Under the pieces are notes generated by a model, which did no database searches, was not told the origin of the DNA, and worked only from the letters and a program-made list of their open reading frames with translations. Positions 52,993-61,143 of a stretch of DNA of 64,000 nucleotides are shown piece by piece. Location: contig CAVYLE010000005.1 of NCBI GenBank assembly GCA_963769285.1, forward strand, positions 115,235-179,234, read 5' to 3'. The position numbers were made by a program, and so were the translations under genes. This DNA is from an uncultured Verrucomicrobiae bacterium. GTDB lineage: Bacteria; Verrucomicrobiota; Verrucomicrobiia; Limisphaerales; UBA11358. Position 1 is the first letter of the stretch, and each line of letters opens with the position of its first letter.

Positions 52993-55593
52993 TTAAACAA
53001 ATATTTCAGGATGCTCCCGATCAAACTTTTCAACTTCCGCCATTTTTGCGGTGAGTTCAGCGCGGCGTACAGCGCGTCCTTCAACCTCTCGCTCGTGCGC
53101 CATTTCGTCCGCTGTTTCTTCCAAAAGCCTTTGCGTCAGACGTGACGTGCTGGCCTCTTTGCCGTCCCGCATGGTTTTCTTCCCGGTGCTGTCACATTCA
53201 ATGATGCCGATTGATTCCAGTGCCTTCACTTCGCTTTTTGAATATCCACTGCGACCGCCGGGCATCACTGTGCGGACCTCGCGCCGCATAGCAACTTGCG
53301 TCTGTTGCTTGGCCTTAAGGCCATCTGTGCCGGCGTCGTCTCCCCACCCCAACATCAAGCGGATGTAACCCGTGGTTTCGTTGACCTGGTTGAGTGGAGG
53401 CAATACCTCACCGGCGCGATGGTCATTCCATGCTTGCATCAATACCGGCGTGGCCAAACATTTGGGCGCGGTTGGGTCGAAGTGCAGCCGCATCTTTGCC
53501 CCTGAAAATTCCGGCAACCAAGGCGCTGAGAAATCGAATGGCACGGACATGTCCTCGAAGATCGGCACGCGACCACCGACAATCATCCCGCGCACAGTCC
53601 ATTCAATGGCGTAGGGTGCAAACATGAACATCTTGACCTCGTCCACCTTGCGCAGCGCGCGTTCCGCCGTCTCGCGTTGCCAACGGTCCTCCGGCACCCA
53701 TTGGCCGGAGTTGCGCGATTTGACAAGGGTGCGGTTCTCTTCCTCGGTGATCTCCGCGAACGCGGCCAGCGCATCCGACAACGTTGGAAAATACCGGCGC
53801 GGGTCAGTGGCCCCCCGCCGGCATGATTGCATCAGCTTGTTTGCGGCTTCGGTGTCGCCCCGGTAACGCCCAATGTCGCATTGCGGAAAATGCACCGAGA
53901 GCTTGGTCCAGTCCTGGTTAAACCCGCCCTCGATAAACGGCTTGCTGTGCGGCGATACCACCGTATGCAGCCGCGAGCCGAGTAATTCGATAGCGTGCTT
54001 CACCAGGTGGCTTTTGAACACGCCGCGCTCAAATCGGTACTGCTCCCATGCGCCATGCTGAATTGTGAGGCCGTGCAGGAGGGTGAGCACGTCCGCGCCT
54101 CGAAAGCCGCCGCGCGAGCGCGCCACAAAAACCCAGCCTGGCCGATAACGGCTGGCAACGTCAATAGTACGAAGCCATTGGAAGCGCCCGACTATGACGC
54201 CGAATTTTACAGAACACGGCGTCTCCGTAATCAAGCCGCCGGTTGGCGAAGTCCACGGAATGCACACCGGGAAGTTGATGCTTCCATCGTCCGCTTCGAT
54301 GATGTCCCCGGCGCGGGCAAATTCCGGTTCACAGCCAGGCCGGCGCACCATCATCATCGTGCCAGGGCATTGTAAATTATTCAGTCCGGCTTCGTGCGGG
54401 CGGCGATAATTCTGAACAACCTGCCGTGAAACTTTCCACCGGATGGCGTTGGCAATACTGGCGGGCACCAGTGGTTGCCCGGCCTTTTCCCGTGCTAAAA
54501 TTGTTTCACGCAAATCATCCGGGCAGACCGGAATGGTTTTCTTCAAACCAACTTTTTTCAAGAAGCGGCGTTTGATGGTGTCTGTCCATCCGGCAGGAAG
54601 ATTCGGTAACGAGACGACACGCCGGATAGCTTCCGGCGTCGAGCCGGTGTCGTGGGTCCTGTTGGTGATGAGGTAGAAAAACTCTGCCGCCGGAAGAAAC
54701 CAGGGGAGCGACTTGATCTGCCCCGTCAATTCAGATTCTTTTGCTCCTTTGTTCCCGGCCCGCTTGTCGAAAGCCTCCTTGGACTGCCAGCGTTCACGCT
54801 TGCGATTGTAAGTCTTGAGCAAGCCGTCCTGTGATGTTGCCAGGCTTGGCGCACGCTCAGTAATGACGGCTCTCAACAGTCGCGCGGCACGGTTGCGCGG
54901 TTGGCCCGCATTGACCATTTGCGCCTCAATCTCAAAAGCCTTTTCAAAAATTTTATCCGCTGATGCGCCGGCATTGATCGTGGACACCAAGGCGGGAAAT
55001 TGCTCATTTAATTCAGTAACTCCCCGTTTTCGGTCCGGCTTGGCGGGCAGGTAAAGAGCAAGGTTCGCCCAATCCTCCCGCCCCCCGTCCCGCTGCACCG
55101 TGCGCCGGATCAATTCACGAAAATGGCGCGTAGTGATTTTCTGGCCGAAAACTTTTTCCCAATCCTTTACCCCGTCGTGTTCAAAGTCCGCCTGGCTGGT
55201 GACAAACTGCCGCCGCAATGATGGCAGCAACGCTTGCTTGCTTTTGTTCGTTTCCGTCAAACAGACATCGGATATTTCAGACATCGGAACGGGGGAAATC
55301 CACGCCGTAACGCCGGCTTTGACCATGTCTTCAACACTGGCGAAACCTCGACGGCCCGCCAGTCGTGACAAGCGCGAGCGCAACCTGTCAGGCAATCGAG
55401 CGTGTTCCCAAGTGTCGGCGGGATTGCCGGTAACTGTGCGCTTGCCGGTAGCAGGAACAGAGCGAAGTTGTTTCCGAATGGCTTGAGGGCTGATTCCCAA
55501 ATGAGCCGCGATCTCCGCCGCCGTCAGAGCAACCCATGATAAGCCCACTTCCCCGGCGGTGAATGTCTGTGGAAGTTTTGAGTTCATAGCCAA
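52993..55593 (-). CDS. MuA-like DDE transposase
   Basis: N-terminal HTH TAAEIAAHLGISPQAIRK; RNase H core IIEADDG, TIDVASR, RFERG, SKPFIEGGF. Confidence 0.8.
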   Translation of the reverse strand: MAMNSKLPQTFTAGEVGLSWVALTAAEIAAHLGISPQAIRKQLRSVPATGKRTVTGNPADTWEHARLPDRLRSRLSRLAGRRGFASVEDMVKAGVTAWISPVPMSEISDVCLTETNKSKQALLPSLRRQFVTSQADFEHDGVKDWEKVFGQKITTRHFRELIRRTVQRDGGREDWANLALYLPAKPDRKRGVTELNEQFPALVSTINAGASADKIFEKAFEIEAQMVNAGQPRNRAARLLRAVITERAPSLATSQDGLLKTYNRKRERWQSKEAFDKRAGNKGAKESELTGQIKSLPWFLPAAEFFYLITNRTHDTGSTPEAIRRVVSLPNLPAGWTDTIKRRFLKKVGLKKTIPVCPDDLRETILAREKAGQPLVPASIANAIRWKVSRQVVQNYRRPHEAGLNNLQCPGTMMMVRRPGCEPEFARAGDIIEADDGSINFPVCIPWTSPTGGLITETPCSVKFGVIVGRFQWLRTIDVASRYRPGWVFVARSRGGFRGADVLTLLHGLTIQHGAWEQYRFERGVFKSHLVKHAIELLGSRLHTVVSPHSKPFIEGGFNQDWTKLSVHFPQCDIGRYRGDTEAANKLMQSCRRGATDPRRYFPTLSDALAAFAEITEEENRTLVKSRNSGQWVPEDRWQRETAERALRKVDEVKMFMFAPYAIEWTVRGMIVGGRVPIFEDMSVPFDFSAPWLPEFSGAKMRLHFDPTAPKCLATPVLMQAWNDHRAGEVLPPLNQVNETTGYIRLMLGWGDDAGTDGLKAKQQTQVAMRREVRTVMPGGRSGYSKSEVKALESIGIIECDSTGKKTMRDGKEASTSRLTQRLLEETADEMAHEREVEGRAVRRAELTAKMAEVEKFDREHPEIFV

Positions 55594-55596
55594 ACA

Positions 55597-57045
55597 TCAA
55601 ATTAAATTGACGAGGCTGTGGTTGGCATCGCCGCCGCCGGCAAGTTGCCCGGAAATCTTATTCAGTGCCGATACTGTGCGGTCAATGCCAGTCGCCATCC
55701 GGCGGTTAAGTTCGAGGATCGGATTTGCGCCGCCCATGACAAAACCCATTTTCTCAAAAGCATTGGCCTCCGGCTTATAATGTTGGCCGGTGGCTTCAAG
55801 AGCATCGCCGGGTTTATTTTTGTCAGGAGCTTCACCAGTCTGCCCGGCCAGATTCTTGGCGCGGCCACGAAGGCCGGCAATCATGCTCATAAACTTGTCC
55901 TGCTCAGGACCGCCAGAATTTTTGAACGCATCGGCAAGGGCGCCAGCCTGCTCTTTCACACCCCCGGCGATGGACTGCGCGCCTGAATAAGTCATGTTCG
56001 CAGCAGAATATTTGCCCAGCCCTTTTTCCATCCCCGCCATATTGTTTTGGTAAAGGTCTTTCCAGCTTTTAGACGGGTGCAAAACTTTTTCAATGGTGGC
56101 AGCATTGGCCGCTATCCAGGCTTCCGAAACGGTCATCATGGTTCCCAATGCAACTAAAAATTCACCCTTCATTACATCCCATATTCCCTTCCAATATTCA
56201 CCAGACCCAAAAAGACCGGTTATGAAATTTGACGCTTTTTCCGCTCCCGCTATAAAGCCTTGAGCAAGAACATCGCCGATAGCGCCTTCCTTGAAAATCT
56301 CGGCGATGGTCAAAATCGTTTCGCCGACAGTGCGCGCAACGCGGGAGAAATCAATTTTGGAAACGACATTAATAATGCTTTGGATAATTGGTAAAAGTTG
56401 CGTTGCGGCCTCAGTCCAGATCGCGTCAATTTCCATCCCGACGTATTTCAGTGACCGCTCGAATTTGTCGGCCAGCGGTGCCAGCTTTTCCCAAAGGGCG
56501 GCGTAGCGTTGCCCTTTTGCAATTGCCTCGGAAAATTCCGCGTTGGAACGTGCGAGTTGAACCACTTGGCCCGCTGCCTCGCGTCCAAAAAGCTGTCCGG
56601 CAGCACTGGCGGCGGCGGTGGTGTTCAGCTTCGCCAGCGCGCCGGCAATAGCCTGAAGCTGCGCCGGAGCATTCATCTTCTTGAGCGCGTCAATGCTCAA
56701 TCCCATGCGATGGAAAACGCTCTTGGTGTCCACCCCGTATTCGTTCACGCCGCCAAGCGCCTTTTGCGTCTTGAACAAAATCGGCCCTACGGCGTCAGCT
56801 TCAAGTCCCACGGCTTGAAACCCGCGCCCCAGCTTGTATAAGTCGCCAATGGACGTGTCGGTCCTCTTATGGAGGTGCTCCAACGCCGCCCCGCGCTCGA
56901 TTTGAGACATGACACCCTCGTACATGGCTCCAACGCTTACCAATCCGCCGATGAACCCTTTAAGCTTGGCACCGGCCACGCCGAGCGGACCGAGAAAGCC
57001 GCCCGCGCCAAGGCCAAGAGAAAATTGTAGGATGCCGCTATTCAT
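55597..57045 (-). CDS. Short phage tail tape-measure-like protein
   Basis: Ala/Gly-rich helical; VFHRMGLSIDALKKMNAPAQLQAIAGAL...AAGQLFGRE tape-measure-type motif. Confidence 0.75.
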   Translation of the reverse strand: MNSGILQFSLGLGAGGFLGPLGVAGAKLKGFIGGLVSVGAMYEGVMSQIERGAALEHLHKRTDTSIGDLYKLGRGFQAVGLEADAVGPILFKTQKALGGVNEYGVDTKSVFHRMGLSIDALKKMNAPAQLQAIAGALAKLNTTAAASAAGQLFGREAAGQVVQLARSNAEFSEAIAKGQRYAALWEKLAPLADKFERSLKYVGMEIDAIWTEAATQLLPIIQSIINVVSKIDFSRVARTVGETILTIAEIFKEGAIGDVLAQGFIAGAEKASNFITGLFGSGEYWKGIWDVMKGEFLVALGTMMTVSEAWIAANAATIEKVLHPSKSWKDLYQNNMAGMEKGLGKYSAANMTYSGAQSIAGGVKEQAGALADAFKNSGGPEQDKFMSMIAGLRGRAKNLAGQTGEAPDKNKPGDALEATGQHYKPEANAFEKMGFVMGGANPILELNRRMATGIDRTVSALNKISGQLAGGGDANHSLVNLI

Positions 57046-57055
57046 AGATTAATTT

Positions 57056-57625
57056 TTAGGGGTTTGACCGCCTTCTAAAATCCAACTGCCGCGCCTCGCG
57101 AGGGGGTAGAAGCGATTTTCCCCTGCCAGGACGTTGGATTGTGGCAGGAAGCGCCGTGGCGGGCGTTTTGTGAAACTGGCAGCGCGACAGAGCCGCCCTG
57201 CCCAACCATCGGTTTCTTAGAAAATCACGGAGTCCGGAGCTGGGAATAAACGCGCCGCCGGAACGCAGTTTTCCGGCGAGTTGATCGCGTAACTTCCCTA
57301 GCGTCGGACGCCGGACGCGCAACAATTGGCAGGCCTCACCAGCGTGGAAATTCTTCCTGTCGCCAAGAATCAGCGCAAGCACTTCGTCCAGTCTCAGGTT
57401 GCGAGTGGTTTCAGGTGCGATCACTTCGCGTGCAAGGAAGCGAAGGCAGCGAATTTTCCCTTTCGGGTTGACGGCAAAATTCCACACCCACTGCAAGCCA
57501 TCGCCGTCGGCCATTTCATAGACCACATCGGCTGAAACGCCGCGCACATCCATGACGCTGTTCGCGGTCATCAAGACTGTGCGGGGGTTCAGCGTGAGGG
57601 GCAATGTTGGGTTCGGCGAGTTCAT
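57056..57625 (-). CDS. Putative DNA-binding protein (excisionase/wHTH-like repeats)
   Basis: RGVSADVVYEMAD and FHAGEACQLLRVRRPTL HTH-like segments. Confidence 0.55.
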   Translation of the reverse strand: MNSPNPTLPLTLNPRTVLMTANSVMDVRGVSADVVYEMADGDGLQWVWNFAVNPKGKIRCLRFLAREVIAPETTRNLRLDEVLALILGDRKNFHAGEACQLLRVRRPTLGKLRDQLAGKLRSGGAFIPSSGLRDFLRNRWLGRAALSRCQFHKTPATALPATIQRPGRGKSLLPPREARQLDFRRRSNP

Positions 57626-57782
57626 TCAATTGTTTTCGGCGGGCGACATACATTGTTTTCCATTCGCCACCAGGGGGCTGAACTCATCCGCCATGAAACA
57701 CCGAAGAGGCGGACGAACCCCCAAGCGAATTGCAACACCGGGTTGCGCAATGTAAAATATCGCCGCGCCGAAAACGAGAAAG

Positions 57783-57814
57783 AGCCGGCGCGCCTTTTGA
57801 ATGACGCGCCGGCT
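57783..57814 (-). terminator. Intrinsic terminator/attenuator-like hairpin inside the leftward operon
   Basis: Perfect 10-bp stem AGCCGGCGCG/CGCGCCGGCT followed on the minus strand by CTTTCTCGTTTT. Confidence 0.5.
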
Positions 57815-57911
57815 TGGTGACGCGGATTGACTGCACTGCGCTTCCACCCGCAGTGTGAGTGTCAACCAACGAAAAAGTTTAAAATGTTTTTGTGGAAGTG
57901 CCACGGCTTGT

Positions 57912-58124
57912 TCAATTTCCTCCTCGCGCAATTCGATCCCGCAATTTCTGCATCCGAAAAATGAGCCGCCGGTGTAAACCGACAGACCGCTGGACATACT
58001 TGTCCGCCAACCAACAGGACCAGGCAATCCCCCAAGTTATGAGCCAAAGGCTCCAGAACTCGGCGTAAACAAGCGGCAGTGGCGCGCCGGAACTTTTTGT
58101 AATGGAAGTAAGCGGAGCCATCAA
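57912..58124 (-). CDS. Small membrane protein
   Basis: 70 aa, one Trp-rich hydrophobic helix with basic tail; start overlaps the upstream stop. Confidence 0.45.
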   Translation of the reverse strand: MMAPLTSITKSSGAPLPLVYAEFWSLWLITWGIAWSCWLADKYVQRSVGLHRRLIFRMQKLRDRIARGGN

Positions 58125-58558
58125 ACAAGTCCAAGCTCGCGAAGCGTCTCGCGATTTTCTTTTTTAAATTTTTCGAAATTGGCGCGGGCCTCCTCTGCCT
58201 CCGCCCTTGCTATTTTCACGATTTCGTCCCAATGATGCTTCGTGACGAAAGCGCCGGCAAGTTGCGCCGCAACCGATCGGATGTCACTCAAACCACTCTG
58301 TCCATCCCGAGCAGAGAAATAGATCGAACGCGCAATATCCGCTTCGCGGATTGTTCCATCCTTTTCACTCAAAATCTGAACATTCAGTTGACTATCCTCG
58401 GCCCGGCTCTGAAGCAATCGGAACTGCCGGACAATTTGTTCCTTTCTGGCCTCCTGTGCCTCGAAGGCCGAAAACCCGGTGGGGTTTTTTGCAATGTAAC
58501 GGTCCTTGAGGTCATTCAATTTATCGGCGATGAAATCATGGATGGTTTTGTCGGACAT
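58121..58558 (-). CDS. Hypothetical helical/coiled-coil protein
   Basis: 145 aa charged helical ORF right after the protease gene. Confidence 0.6.
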   Translation of the reverse strand: MSDKTIHDFIADKLNDLKDRYIAKNPTGFSAFEAQEARKEQIVRQFRLLQSRAEDSQLNVQILSEKDGTIREADIARSIYFSARDGQSGLSDIRSVAAQLAGAFVTKHHWDEIVKIARAEAEEARANFEKFKKENRETLRELGLV

Positions 58559-58584
58559 AAACTTTGATTGGTTGATTGGTTGAT

Positions 58585-59154
58585 TTATTCAGTCGAAAAA
58601 AACCGCAGGTCTTTTACCTTACCATTGGGCGTCAGTGCCACGCTGTGAATCATAATCACTTCGCGGTTGTCGTCGTTGAGTGCCGGGGAGAGATCCTCGA
58701 AGTTGCGGGCGTGCTGAACACCGAGTGGCGTCCAGGCGATTTCCTCCAGCCAGATGCCATCGCCGGGGACCAGGTTGACGCGACCGTAGCCGAAAATGAG
58801 CGGCGGTTGGCCGGCGGCAATAAATTCCTTGTGCGTGTCCGTGCCGGGCACGGTGCAATGATTGAAGTCAATCGCCACCCGTTCAAAGCCAAGCAGTTTC
58901 TGGTTGGCGGACAGTTTCGCGGAAGTTTTTTCGCCGACGCGATAGACGCCATCAATGGTGTCGTTGTCGCCGCAATTTAAAATTTTGATTCTGGACGGAA
59001 GCCGATCCCCCTTCAACGCGCCACTGGAAACCCGGAAAGTTTTGAGTTGATCCAACCCCAAATTTACGGCGAAAGGCGCGACGGCCATATTTTCAAAGTT
59101 GAAAATCTTGGCGATTCTATTGAATCCGGCGGCGGATTGTTGGGCGGGTGTCAT
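58585..59154 (-). CDS. Mu-like prophage I protein / head maturation protease domain (no scaffold tail)
   Basis: AIDFNH, IAWTPLG, LSPA, HSVALT motifs in the order typical of Mu_like_Pro. Confidence 0.72.
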   Translation of the reverse strand: MTPAQQSAAGFNRIAKIFNFENMAVAPFAVNLGLDQLKTFRVSSGALKGDRLPSRIKILNCGDNDTIDGVYRVGEKTSAKLSANQKLLGFERVAIDFNHCTVPGTDTHKEFIAAGQPPLIFGYGRVNLVPGDGIWLEEIAWTPLGVQHARNFEDLSPALNDDNREVIMIHSVALTPNGKVKDLRFFSTE

Positions 59155-59314
59155 TTATTTTTCCAGTTTGTGGCGACGCGGCGCAAGGCAACGTCTCAGG
59201 CCGCGCGGGCAAGTTGCCAGGTGTGGCGACGGGCTGGGCAACGTGGCGAAGCTGCTCCGCCAGATTGTCCGACCGGCGCGGATCGGGCGTTTTAATGCGC
59301 ATTTTTTTCATTTC

Positions 59315-59506
59315 TTATGCCAACCTCTTTTGCCTTGCTTTAAGTGCATCATAGCGAACGCGGAGCGGCGCGCTGGTGGCTTCGCCCCGTAAAACTTTGA
59401 ACAGGAAATTTCGACTTACATGGAGCTTCGCACTGTCCGACACGATGCCCGGGAATTGTGTTTTCCCGCGCGGCCTGCGCCTCAGAATGTTGTCACGTTG
59501 TGGCAT
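59315..59506 (-). CDS. Small Ner/Cro-like DNA-binding protein
   Basis: 63 aa basic, SAKLHVSRNFLFKVLRG HTH; divergent from the repressor. Confidence 0.65.
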   Translation of the reverse strand: MPQRDNILRRRPRGKTQFPGIVSDSAKLHVSRNFLFKVLRGEATSAPLRVRYDALKARQKRLA

Positions 59507-59515
59507 TTGATTAGC

Positions 59516-59544
59516 GATTTACACCAATTCCCAGACAATGTCAA
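59516..59544 (-). promoter_or_regulatory. Sigma70-like promoter of the leftward operon
   Basis: Minus strand TTGACA-N17-TAAATC just upstream of ATG 59506. Confidence 0.55.
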
Positions 59545-59587
59545 CTGGTCAATTCAACTTTTTTATGCCACTCTCCCCACACGAAAA

Positions 59588-60232
59588 ATGCTAAAGAAAA
59601 GTCCTAGAACTGAGGCTGAAGCTGTTTGGGATCGCAAAATTGGAGCAGCACTCGCGTTTATTCGCAACCGGGATGCACAACAAACCCAGGCGGTTTTTGC
59701 CAAACGAATGGGCATTAGCCGAAGCCTCTTGGCGAACATCGAAAGAGGCCGGACCCCACTGACTGTTAGCGTTGGGGTGAATGCGTGCCGTATTTTTGAC
59801 ATTGACCCTCTTTGGCTCTGTCTGGGAGGAAAAGGCGGCGGCGGCGTCTTCCCTCCGATTCATGCCGACAAACTTGAAAAGATTGAAACTCACTTGCGAG
59901 CTGTCGGAAGTGCTCCGCTTCGTGCCGTGTGGCCTTCGCTGGTTTGGTTCATCCGGGAATCCGAGGGCGGGGATAAAAAAACATTTGACAGTATTACTTC
60001 TGAGAGTAATACTGAGGGGGTGAAATCTGAAATGCAAAAGTTGAGAGACGATCTTAAACGTGTGACTGCCAAGCCGGGTATGAAGGCGGCACTCGCGCGC
60101 TTTATGAAAGTTGATCCTCCCCGCGTTTCGGAATGGCTGGCCGGCCAGGAGCCGGGCGGTTCCTATGCTCTGAAGCTTCGTAAGTGGGCCGACGATCAAT
60201 TGGAGCAATCGGAACAAGAGCGTAAAAAATAA
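59588..60232 (+). CDS. XRE-family repressor with two HTH domains
   Basis: TQAVFAKRMGISRSLLANIERG and KAALARFMKVDPPRVSEWLAG. Confidence 0.8.
   Translation: MLKKSPRTEAEAVWDRKIGAALAFIRNRDAQQTQAVFAKRMGISRSLLANIERGRTPLTVSVGVNACRIFDIDPLWLCLGGKGGGGVFPPIHADKLEKIETHLRAVGSAPLRAVWPSLVWFIRESEGGDKKTFDSITSESNTEGVKSEMQKLRDDLKRVTAKPGMKAALARFMKVDPPRVSEWLAGQEPGGSYALKLRKWADDQLEQSEQERKK
59985..60013 (+). promoter_or_regulatory. Intragenic promoter overlapped by a palindromic operator
   Basis: TTGACA-N17-AATACT; AGTATTACT-N6-AGTAATACT perfect 9-bp inverted repeat. Confidence 0.6.
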
Positions 60233-60235
60233 AAA

Positions 60236-60266
60236 GCTGTGGCAGTGCTATGAACACTGCCACAGC
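60236..60266. terminator. 12-bp perfect hairpin after the repressor gene
   Basis: GCTGTGGCAGTG-CTATGAA-CACTGCCACAGC; A-run on its left gives a U-tail only on the minus strand. Confidence 0.5.
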
Positions 60267-60290
60267 GAAAGACCCGAATGAAGTCCTATT

Positions 60291-60584
60291 ATGAAACCGA
60301 CAAATCGAATCCAGTGGAACGGTAGCGCCAATGGCGCTGAAAAACAACCTCTAATCGGCAAATCAGTTGCAAAGACATCGGTCCGCATCACTGACGAGCG
60401 CTTGTTTGCTTCGCTGACTGCCGCCGCCAAAAGAGACCGCCGCACGGTGGCGAATTTTGTTTTGGTGCTGATTAAAAGAGCACAGCCCTTTTGGGAGAAG
60501 AAAGGCTGGGACAAAAATTATTTTAATGACTGGGCCGACGGTGTTTGCTTGCCGTTTTCGGTGTCCCCGTTTTGGCGTAGCTGA
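60291..60584 (+). CDS. Ribbon-helix-helix (Arc-like) protein
   Basis: TSVRITDERLFASLTAAAKRDRRTVANFVLVLI. Confidence 0.6.
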   Translation: MKPTNRIQWNGSANGAEKQPLIGKSVAKTSVRITDERLFASLTAAAKRDRRTVANFVLVLIKRAQPFWEKKGWDKNYFNDWADGVCLPFSVSPFWRS

Positions 60585-60612
60585 ACTGACTCCCGGTCCA
60601 ATCCGATCCCCC

Positions 60613-60648
60613 CGCCGCCCTGGTTGAATCCGGGCGGCGTTTTTCTTT
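60613..60648 (+). terminator. Rho-independent terminator
   Basis: CGCCGCCC...GGGCGGCG followed by TTTTTCTTT. Confidence 0.75.
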
Positions 60649-60689
60649 CCCGCCGATCCGCCGCGCCGATCCGGCGACCAGGCCGCGAA

Positions 60690-60727
60690 GCATCTGCACG
60701 GGCAGGTCGAGGGGCATCTGCACGGGC
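60690..60727 (+). repeat. Direct repeat GCATCTGCACGGGC x2 near the element end
   Basis: Exact 14-mers at 60690-60703 and 60714-60727. Confidence 0.8.
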
Positions 60728-61143
60728 TAAAACAAGGTTCCAGGTTCCACCCCCCGTCCGGTTTAGGTGTCTTTCTTCCAATTCATGCAAACCATTGCAA
60801 TTCAACCCCTTTTATTTTGGAAGCCCTCAGCGCCAACCCGGACACCCTTCAAAGTCCTTCGTCGAAATCCCTTGCCAAATCAAGGCTTTTGAAGCCTGAT
60901 AGCCCCTATTCGTGCCGGACAACATTAACCGCAATTCCACGGCGTTGTGCCTTCGCGCAACCACTTCCGGGCTGGCGGGTCAACGTATCCGGTCATTCAG
61001 AAATCTGGCCTTCGGCAGGCGGGCTTTGGCAACAGCTTTCCTTTCCTGCGGGCGGTTCGCAGCCGCTGCTTTTCGCAACTTGCGAGTTACCCGGGATTGG
61101 GTGTAGAATAGCAGCGCATTTGATTTTGCCAGCCGTCTTGCCT

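Larger units (their letters stand above)
51727..60844 (-). mobile_element. Compact Mu-like transposable element (9,118 bp), candidate phage satellite
   Basis: Ends TGTCCGG-N15-CTTCCAAA and inverted TGTCCGG-N14-CTTCCAAA; MuA/MuB-like pair, repressor/Ner-like switch, tape-measure and protease genes; no TSD found. Confidence 0.75.

Noticed and set aside
51824..55593. Tn7/CAST interpretation of the transposase-ATPase pair
   Set aside because: No TnsA, TniQ/TnsD or Cas effector recognised; neighbours are phage-type (Ner-like, Mu I protease, TMP).
57626..58027. 133-aa ORF or P4-type C4/ash immunity region
   Set aside because: The ORF overlaps a better-coupled small gene, and I could not match the C4 consensus by eye.
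60887..60921. Alternative right end at CCGGACA 60921
   Set aside because: Weaker match and longer spacing to the CTTCCAAA submotif, and it gives no TSD either; 60844 preferred but not proven.
60817..61143. 109-aa N-terminal extension of the ECF sigma ORF
   Set aside because: Spans the element boundary and intergenic DNA; family similarity begins at ATG 61144.
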